Source: Gemmatimonadota bacterium (GTDB lineage: Bacteria > Gemmatimonadota > Gemmatimonadetes > Longimicrobiales > Gaopeijiaceae). From it: 64,000 nucleotides of DNA. The position numbers and the translations under genes were made by a program. The stretch spans positions 2,208,001 to 2,272,000 of the forward strand of contig JAXHMG010000003.1 in NCBI GenBank assembly GCA_034521595.1, read 5' to 3'. The notes under the pieces are model-generated. The model did no database searches. It saw nothing but the letters and a program-made list of their open reading frames with translations, and was not told where the DNA came from. Shown here piece by piece: positions 57,529 through 64,000 of this stretch (positions are counted from its first letter, which is position 1; each line of letters opens with the position of its first letter).

Positions 57529-58338
57529 GTGCACCGACTGCTCGAGACCGCCCGCGCGGCCGCCGACGCCGCGACACACGTCCACCGCCGAGACTTCGGG
57601 GCCGGCCTCGCCAGCGCCACCCGGAAGGCCCGCGCGGACTACGTCTCCCGTACCGACCTCGACGCTCAGGAGGCGGCCCTCGACGTGATCCGCCGCAGGC
57701 ATCCCGACCACCTGATCCTCGCCGAGGAGAGCGACGAGAGCGTGGCCACCCAACTCGCTCGCTGGGACGGCCGGCCGCTCTGGATCGTCGACCCGCTCGA
57801 CGGTACGGCGAACTACCTGCACGGCCATCCCATGCACGCGGCCTCGGTGGCGGTGGCCGTCGACGGCGCGCCCGCGGCGGGGGTGGTGGCGTGCGGATCC
57901 ACCGGCGAGCGGTGGTGGGCGGCGCGTGGGATGGGGACGTTCAAGAACGGCCGCCGCGTGACCGTATCCGAGCCCTGCCCGCTGATCGATGCGCTGGTCG
58001 GCACGGGCTTCCCGTTCAAGCGGCTGGATTTGCTCCCCGACTACCTCGGGCAGTTCGAGCGAGTGCTCCGGTCGGCCTCCGGAATCCGGCGGGGGGGATC
58101 CGCCGCTCTGGACCTCGCGTACCTCGCGCAGGGCGCCCTCGACGTCTTCTGGGAAGAGATCCTCATGCCGTGGGATTTCGCCGCCGGCATGGTCCTCATC
58201 CAGGAAGCGGGAGGGATCGTGACGGGCGTCGGTGGGGACGAGCCGACGTTGACGGAGGGACCGCTCCGCGCGGCCAACAGCCCGCGCCTCCTCGACGAGC
58301 TGAACGCAGTCCTGGGCACCACCGCCGACGCGGACTAG
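57529..58338 (+). CDS. suhB: Inositol monophosphatase family protein
   Basis: AEES, WIVDPLDGTANY, GSAALDLAY and WDFAAG. Confidence 0.9.
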   Translation: MHRLLETARAAADAATHVHRRDFGAGLASATRKARADYVSRTDLDAQEAALDVIRRRHPDHLILAEESDESVATQLARWDGRPLWIVDPLDGTANYLHGHPMHAASVAVAVDGAPAAGVVACGSTGERWWAARGMGTFKNGRRVTVSEPCPLIDALVGTGFPFKRLDLLPDYLGQFERVLRSASGIRRGGSAALDLAYLAQGALDVFWEEILMPWDFAAGMVLIQEAGGIVTGVGGDEPTLTEGPLRAANSPRLLDELNAVLGTTADAD

Positions 58339-58403
58339 CACCCCCGTGCCGTGGGGGGCCTCCTACGAGCGCGGACGCTCCTCGACAACTCCGGGTGGGC
58401 CAT

Positions 58404-60584
58404 TCAGGCCCAGCTCAGGTCGTGGTCCGAGAGCGGCAGCGATCGGATGCGATGTCCCGTCGCCGCATGGATCGCGTTGCAGAGTGCCGGGATCACGGGT
58501 GGCAACATGGGCTCACCGATCCCCGTGGGATCGTTGTCCGACTCGATGAAGTCGAGCTCCACCTCGGGCGCCTGCCGGATGCGCAGCAGCGGGTATTCGT
58601 CGAAGTTCTCTGGCTCGGCGTGCCCGTCCACGATCCGGACCTCCTGGCCCAGCGCGTGGCTGATCCCCTCGATAATGCCACCCTGCACGTTGTTCTCGGC
58701 GTTCAGGGGATTGATGATGTGACGTCCGACGTCGCCGACGGCCCACACCTTGTCCACGGCGAGCTCGCCCTCCCGGCTCACGGTCGCCTGCACCACCTCC
58801 GCGAAGTATCCGCGGTGGCTGTAGTGGAACGCCACCCCTAATCCGCTCCCCTCGGGAAGGTCGGTCCTTCCCCAGTCCGAGATCTCGGCAACACGCTCGA
58901 GCACGGCCCGCATGCGCTCCGGGTCGAGCGCCGCATCGGCCCCCGCGGCATCGAGGATGCCCAGACGGAACCGCACGGGATCGACGCCGGCCTCGTGCGC
59001 CAACTCGTCGATGAAGCACTGATACACGAACGCGAGGCCGTTGCTTCCCGGCGCCCGCAATGCTCCGGTCGGGACGCCCGAGGGGATCAGGCTCGCGCCC
59101 ATCTCCATGTTCGGAACGAAGCCGGCCGGGAATTCGGTATCACGCACGCTGGCACTCGACTGGAAGCTTTCGCCTTCGCCGAACGACACGAAATGATTCC
59201 GCCAGGCCACCAGGCGTCCGGTCTCGTCGACACCGCCTTCCAAGCGGTGGTACCCGGCCGGCCGATAGAGGTCGTGGCGCATGTCGTCTTCGCGCGTCCA
59301 CAAGAGCTTGACGGGCACGCCTACCTCGCGTGCGATCCAGGCCGCTTCGACCACGGCGTCGTTGTAGAGCCGGCGTCCGAACCCCCCTCCCATCCGCATG
59401 AGGTGTATCGTGATGTCTTCCTCGGCCATGCCGAGGGTCTCGGCCACCAACGACCGTCCGCGCTGCGGCGTCTGTGTGGGCCCCCAGATCTCGAGCTGGC
59501 CGTCCCGGTAGTGGGCGGTACAGTTCTGTGGCTCGAGCTGGGCATGAGACAGGAAGGGATACCGGTACTCGGCCTCCACCCGGTGTGGCGCGCTCCGGAG
59601 CCCTGACGACGGATCGCCGTCGGTACGAAGGTTCATCCCGGGCACCTCGCCGTAGAGCTCCCGAGCGCGCGCTTCGAAGCCGTCGCTGCTTTGCGCCGCG
59701 GTGGGCCCCTCGTCCCAATCCACGCCCAGAACGTTCACCCGAGCCTGGTTCACCAACCACCAGTTGTCGCCCACGACCGCGACACCGGACAGGAGCCCGC
59801 CCAGATCGTCTCCACCTTCCACGACGAACGCGTCACGGACTCCGGGTTGGCGGCGCACCTCGTCGAGGTTGGCGCTCCGCACCCTCCCGCCGAACACGGG
59901 GCATTTCTCGAAGACCGCGTGGAGCATGTCGGGCATCTCCACATCGATTCCGAACAGGGGCTCCCCGGTGACGATCGCGTCGAGGTCGACGTTGTGCACC
60001 GGCGTGCCGATGATCCGGAACTGATCCGGGGTCTTCAGCGCCACGCTCTCCGGATCGGGCGCCGTCATCCCAGAGGCGGCATCCGCGAGCTCGCCGTACG
60101 ACGCACTCCGCCCGCTCCTGGCGTGCCGCACGACACCCGCGTCCGTGCTCAGCTCCGCCATCGCCACCCCCCACTCGTCCGCCGCGGCTTGCAGCAAGAC
60201 CTGACGGGCCGCAGCCCCGGCCTGGCGCATGGGCAGCCAGTGGGTCGGCGTCGCGGTGCTTCCTCCGGCGAATTGGCGTGAGTAGAGCGAGGGGTCGAAG
60301 TCGGCCTGCTCCACGTGGACGTCTTCCCACGCCACGTCCAACTCCTCCGCGATCAGCATGGGCAGCATGGTCTTCACGCCCTGACCGACCTCCGGATTCT
60401 GGGCCATGATCGTGATCATGCCGTCGGGGTCGATGCGGACGAACCCGTTCGGCACGAAATCGGCCGCGGCCGCGGTGGCCCCACGCACGCCGAAGACGTC
60501 GAAGTAGCTCGAGATCAGCAGCCCGCCCCCGGCGACCGCGCTCAAGCGCAGGAAATGCCGACGGTTCATGGTCGTGGCACTCAT
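58404..60584 (-). CDS. Xanthine dehydrogenase-family molybdopterin subunit (IorB-like), Tat-exported
   Basis: MNRRHFL Tat motif, EVGQG, MGGGFGRR, LRAPG and GIGEP. Confidence 0.92.
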   Translation of the reverse strand: MSATTMNRRHFLRLSAVAGGGLLISSYFDVFGVRGATAAAADFVPNGFVRIDPDGMITIMAQNPEVGQGVKTMLPMLIAEELDVAWEDVHVEQADFDPSLYSRQFAGGSTATPTHWLPMRQAGAAARQVLLQAAADEWGVAMAELSTDAGVVRHARSGRSASYGELADAASGMTAPDPESVALKTPDQFRIIGTPVHNVDLDAIVTGEPLFGIDVEMPDMLHAVFEKCPVFGGRVRSANLDEVRRQPGVRDAFVVEGGDDLGGLLSGVAVVGDNWWLVNQARVNVLGVDWDEGPTAAQSSDGFEARARELYGEVPGMNLRTDGDPSSGLRSAPHRVEAEYRYPFLSHAQLEPQNCTAHYRDGQLEIWGPTQTPQRGRSLVAETLGMAEEDITIHLMRMGGGFGRRLYNDAVVEAAWIAREVGVPVKLLWTREDDMRHDLYRPAGYHRLEGGVDETGRLVAWRNHFVSFGEGESFQSSASVRDTEFPAGFVPNMEMGASLIPSGVPTGALRAPGSNGLAFVYQCFIDELAHEAGVDPVRFRLGILDAAGADAALDPERMRAVLERVAEISDWGRTDLPEGSGLGVAFHYSHRGYFAEVVQATVSREGELAVDKVWAVGDVGRHIINPLNAENNVQGGIIEGISHALGQEVRIVDGHAEPENFDEYPLLRIRQAPEVELDFIESDNDPTGIGEPMLPPVIPALCNAIHAATGHRIRSLPLSDHDLSWA

Positions 60585-61075
60585 GATTCCTCCTCGCCGC
60601 CGTCGGGCGCGGCCGTGCCGGCCATCAGCCTCGCGGCCCGGTGAACTCCCTCACGGATGCGGACGTACGTGCCGCAGCGACACAGATTTCGGTCCATCGC
60701 ACCGTCGATGTCCTCGTCCGTGGGGGTCGGGTTCCGCTCGAGAAGCGCCGCCGCCGCCATGAGCTGGCCAGCCTGACAATATCCGCACTGCGGCACGTCC
60801 AGCTCCCTCCACACCCGTTGCAGGGGGTGGCTCCCGTCCGGGGAGAGCCCTTCGATCGTGACGACATCGTCACCCTCGAGCGTCTCCAGCCTGACCTGAC
60901 AGCTACGGGTCGTACGGCCGTTCACGTGCACGGTGCACGCACCGCACTCCGAGATCCCGCAGCCGAACTTCGTCCCCTTCAGGTCCAGCTCGTCGCGAAG
61001 CACCCAGAGCAAGGGCATGTCGGGCGGCGCATCCACCGACACGGGGGCGCCGTTCAGGGTGAAGTTGACGAGCAT
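60581..61075 (-). CDS. (2Fe-2S)-binding subunit (IorA-like)
   Basis: GTKFGCGISECGACTV, QCGYCQAG and NLCRCG. Confidence 0.94.
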   Translation of the reverse strand: MLVNFTLNGAPVSVDAPPDMPLLWVLRDELDLKGTKFGCGISECGACTVHVNGRTTRSCQVRLETLEGDDVVTIEGLSPDGSHPLQRVWRELDVPQCGYCQAGQLMAAAALLERNPTPTDEDIDGAMDRNLCRCGTYVRIREGVHRAARLMAGTAAPDGGEEES

Positions 61076-61229
61076 GGGGCGAGCCTCCCTGATGTACGCA
61101 TGAGCCGACTGTCTTCCATCGTCTGATCCTACGATGGAGTCGGCCCGTCCAGCAAGCCGCATCGAATCCGCCTGTTCCCGGTCGGGCCGAAGGGTGCTGC
61201 CGCCCGGCCGACTCGGGCGGCAGACCAAG

Positions 61230-61259
61230 AAAAAAGGCCGGGAGCCGCGGCTCCCGGCC
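61230..61259 (-). terminator. Intrinsic terminator after hsp20
   Basis: GGCCGGGAGC-CGCG-GCTCCCGGCC plus T6 on the minus strand. Confidence 0.85.
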
Positions 61260-61281
61260 CGACCCGCTCACGCGTCGCCGA

Positions 61282-61746
61282 TCAGGACTTCGAGATCTCG
61301 ATCTTCCGGCCCTTGGCTTCGGCGACCTTCGGGAGGTCCACGGTCAGCACCCCGTTATCGAAGCGCGCCGTGATCTCTTCCGCCTTCACGGTCCGGGGAA
61401 GCGTGAACGAGCGCTGGAATCCGCCGTAGCTCCGCTCCCAGACGTGGTAGCGACGCTCCTCGCTCCCCTCGGTGCGCTCCTCGACCTTCTCGCCACTGAT
61501 GGTGAGGACGTTGTTCTCGAGCTCGACCGAGACGTCGTCCTCGCTCATTCCGGGGAGCTCCGCGGTGAGCACGAGGTTGTCCTTCGTCTCGCTGACGTTC
61601 ACGGCGGGCATCCAGCTCGTGCCCCCATCCCCCTCTCTACGAAGCGGGCTCTCGTCGAAGAAGCGCGCCAAGCGGCTCGACACGTCCTCGAGCTCCCGCC
61701 ACGAAGTGAGTCCGGGATTCCGATACTGATGGCGTGTGATGGCCAT
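61282..61746 (-). CDS. Hsp20/alpha-crystallin small heat-shock protein
   Basis: WMPAVNV, AELPGM, ERSYGGFQRSFTLP, NGVL and KIEI. Confidence 0.95.
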   Translation of the reverse strand: MAITRHQYRNPGLTSWRELEDVSSRLARFFDESPLRREGDGGTSWMPAVNVSETKDNLVLTAELPGMSEDDVSVELENNVLTISGEKVEERTEGSEERRYHVWERSYGGFQRSFTLPRTVKAEEITARFDNGVLTVDLPKVAEAKGRKIEISKS

Positions 61747-61847
61747 GTTGACCTCCTTGTGGATGTGGGTGGTGCCGTGCGTGCCCCACCGGGACGTGAT
61801 CACCCGGTCGGACGATGCGCCTTTTCGCTTCTCACCCTCTTTCCCAG

Positions 61848-61864
61848 AGCAATCGATGTGCCAA
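61848..61864 (-). promoter_or_regulatory. Sigma-54 (-24/-12) promoter for hsp20
   Basis: TTGGCAC-ATCGA-TTGCT, a consensus match. Confidence 0.8.
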
Positions 61865-61883
61865 TTCCAAGGCCGCCTCACGC

Positions 61884-61937
61884 TGCCAGAATGAACGACC
61901 ATGGACGGTCGCGGTGCCCGTCGCTATGCCAGAATGA
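61884..61937. repeat. Direct repeat TGCCAGAATGA x2, candidate enhancer-binding-protein sites
   Basis: Identical 11-mers at 61884-61894 and 61927-61937, upstream of the sigma-54 promoter. Confidence 0.55.
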
Positions 61938-62022
61938 CGCTGTCGGCGTCCGCCGCATGCCACTTGCTACGGCGGGTCGGATGCGAAAGGGCGGGCAGTG
62001 GGGACGCGCTCGGGCCCGGCCG

Positions 62023-62961
62023 CTAGCAGCCCGCCCGGGCCGACTCGACACCAGCGAGGCGCGCGGCGCCGAGCGCCGGGTCGACGGGCGTGGTCGTGAG
62101 CTCGAGGCCGAGGGGCTCGAGGAGAGGAAGAAGCACGGGACGCAGCGCTCCCCCCTCCGCGATCAGCCCTCCCCACAGTGCGAGGCGCAGCGGAGGGTCG
62201 GCCGCATCGGCGCTCCCCGCGGCGGTCAAGCGCTCCACGAGCGCGAGGAGGTGCGTGCGAAGCTCGGCCGCCGCGTCGGTCACGATGGCCGAGGCCACGG
62301 GATCGCCATCCCGCGCCACCTCGATGACACGCGGAGCCAGGGCGGCGAGTTGGCCGCGCGTCGCCCGATCGGTCCAAGCGATGAGGTCCTCGGGCCCCTC
62401 GATCTCCAGATGGGCCATGATCGCCGAGCGCAGCGCGGTCGGCTGCGCTCGGCCATCCTCCGCACGCGCCACGCTCCGGAGCGCCCGGACGGCGATCCAG
62501 TGTCCGCCTCCCTCATCCCCCAACCACGCGCCCCACCCCCCGACCCGTACCCGACGACCTTCGCTGTCGCGCGCCAGTGCGATCGTGCCCGTTCCCGCGA
62601 TCAACAGGATGCCGGGCCCTTCGCCGAAGGCGCTCGCGAAGGCGGCGGCGGCATCGGTTCCGACTCGCACGTGCGTCGCCAGGTGACGAGCCACGAAACC
62701 CTGCTCGACTCGTTGCCGCACCGGCTCGCGCCCCGCACCGGCGAGCCCCACCCAAAGGGCCCGGGCCGGCAGCTCTGCCCCGGCTCGACGCACCGCCGCA
62801 CGGACGACCTCTTCCACGGCCCCGACCGTGCCCTCGACCGGCCCCTCTCCGAGCGGGACGGAGGGGCCGCTACACCGGGCGAGCTCCGTCCCGCGCGCGT
62901 CCGCCACCACTGCGGTGACACGCGAGCCTCCGGCGTCGACACCGACCCGACAGTCCGACAC
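62023..62961 (-). CDS. BadF/BadG/BcrA/BcrD family sugar kinase (N-acetylglucosamine/muramate kinase-like)
   Basis: GVDAGGS, GLAGAG, IAGTG and GGWGAWLGDEGGG. Confidence 0.88.
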   Translation of the reverse strand: MSDCRVGVDAGGSRVTAVVADARGTELARCSGPSVPLGEGPVEGTVGAVEEVVRAAVRRAGAELPARALWVGLAGAGREPVRQRVEQGFVARHLATHVRVGTDAAAAFASAFGEGPGILLIAGTGTIALARDSEGRRVRVGGWGAWLGDEGGGHWIAVRALRSVARAEDGRAQPTALRSAIMAHLEIEGPEDLIAWTDRATRGQLAALAPRVIEVARDGDPVASAIVTDAAAELRTHLLALVERLTAAGSADAADPPLRLALWGGLIAEGGALRPVLLPLLEPLGLELTTTPVDPALGAARLAGVESARAGC

Positions 62962-62962
62962 G

Positions 62963-64000
62963 TCACGGCCTCCGCGGGAAGATCCACCCCGCGAGCCAGC
63001 CGGTCGCGAAGGTGATCGCGCTGCCGAAGAGGACGTACCACGGCCACGCCATATGCTCTCGGAACAAGGTCACGAGGCCGATCCCGGTCGCCATTCCCAC
63101 GATCGCCGCGCCCTGTCCCGGCCGCTTCGTGAGCACTCCGAGCGCGAATACGCCGAGCAGCCCCCCGTACACGAGCGAAGCGATGCCGAGCGCGACCTCC
63201 ACCGCCGACGTCCCTTCGGAAAGCGGGATGAACAGGATCGCCCCCCCGATGAGGAGGCCCGCCCACACGAGGGTGAAGACCCGCCCCGCCCGGAAGATCC
63301 GGGCTTCGTCGTCCGAGGCGCCCACGATGGGGGCCCAGTAGTCGTACGCGGTCGAGGATGCCAACGAGTTGATGGACGAAGAAAGTGACGACATGGCGGC
63401 CGCGAAAACGCCCGCGATGAGCAGGCCCGTGAGGCCCGAGGGCAGGGCTTCCACGATGAAGCGGGCAAAGATCTCGTCGGGAATCGCGAAGTCGCGCCCG
63501 CCATAGTATCCCCAGAGCCCGAGCCCGACGAGAAGGAACAGCAGAAACTGTACGACGACCACGACACCACTCCCTACCAGCGCCCGCTGCGCGGAGCCAC
63601 GGTCCCGACACGTCAGCAGGCGCTGCACGATGAGCTGATCGGTTCCGTGCGATGCCATGGTGAGGAACGCCCCACCCAGCACGCCGGCCCAGACCGTGTA
63701 GGTCGTGCTCAGGTTCCAGGTGAAGTCGACCACGTCGAGCTTCCCGGCGGCGGACGCGGTCGTGAGCACCTCGCCCCACCCGCCCGGCACGAGGAGCTGC
63801 ACCGCGATCCCGGCCACGGCCGCACCGAAGAGGTAGAGGCTCATCTGCACGGCGTCGACCCAGACGACCGCCTTGATCCCGCCGTAGTAGGTGTAGACCA
63901 CGGTGAGCGCCCCGATGACGACGATCGACGCCGGGTACGGCCACCCGGTGATCAGCGCGAGCGGGATGGCCGTGGCGAACAACCGTACCGAATCGGCGAG
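62963..64000 (-). CDS. Sodium:solute symporter (5' end outside the window)
   Basis: GGIKAVVWVD, HGTDQLIVQRLL and AAAMSSLSSSINSLA. Confidence 0.9.
   Translation of the reverse strand, partial: LADSVRLFATAIPLALITGWPYPASIVVIGALTVVYTYYGGIKAVVWVDAVQMSLYLFGAAVAGIAVQLLVPGGWGEVLTTASAAGKLDVVDFTWNLSTTYTVWAGVLGGAFLTMASHGTDQLIVQRLLTCRDRGSAQRALVGSGVVVVVQFLLFLLVGLGLWGYYGGRDFAIPDEIFARFIVEALPSGLTGLLIAGVFAAAMSSLSSSINSLASSTAYDYWAPIVGASDDEARIFRAGRVFTLVWAGLLIGGAILFIPLSEGTSAVEVALGIASLVYGGLLGVFALGVLTKRPGQGAAIVGMATGIGLVTLFREHMAWPWYVLFGSAITFATGWLAGWIFPRRP

Overview
A 64-kb window of high-GC bacterial chromosome. The gene repertoire (acidobacterial-type PadR, Sdh1-type succinate dehydrogenase, PrkA/YeaH/SpoVR, S9 and M28 peptidases) suggests Gemmatimonadota or a similar lineage; this is inference only. 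The intact core consists of tRNA-Lys, sdhCAB, panD, rnhB, rplS, trmD, rimM, rpsP, ffh, purA, trpS, a pilT-like ATPase, suhB, iorAB and hsp20. It is interleaved with accessory patches that contain many frameshifted or deleted remnants. Best leads: (1) a coupled pair at 47.1-49.5 kb, made of a secreted precursor ending in Gly-Gly plus a hydrophobic tail, and a C39-type peptidase fused to TPR, POTRA and an Omp85-like barrel; (2) a 272-bp MITE-like element with 30-bp terminal inverted repeats and two inverted, covarying copies of a structured motif; (3) a ~13-kb envelope/thiol-redox cluster (ECF sigma, ZAS anti-sigma, two DUF3179, DUF547, TVP38, DUF3047, YnjF-like, MerA-like, DsbA) with repeated GGAAC-N18-GTT promoter motifs; (4) a very short purA leader with a terminator and a competing fold. 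No CRISPR array, rRNA, integrase or transposase was seen. Family assignments come from motif recognition, not database searches.
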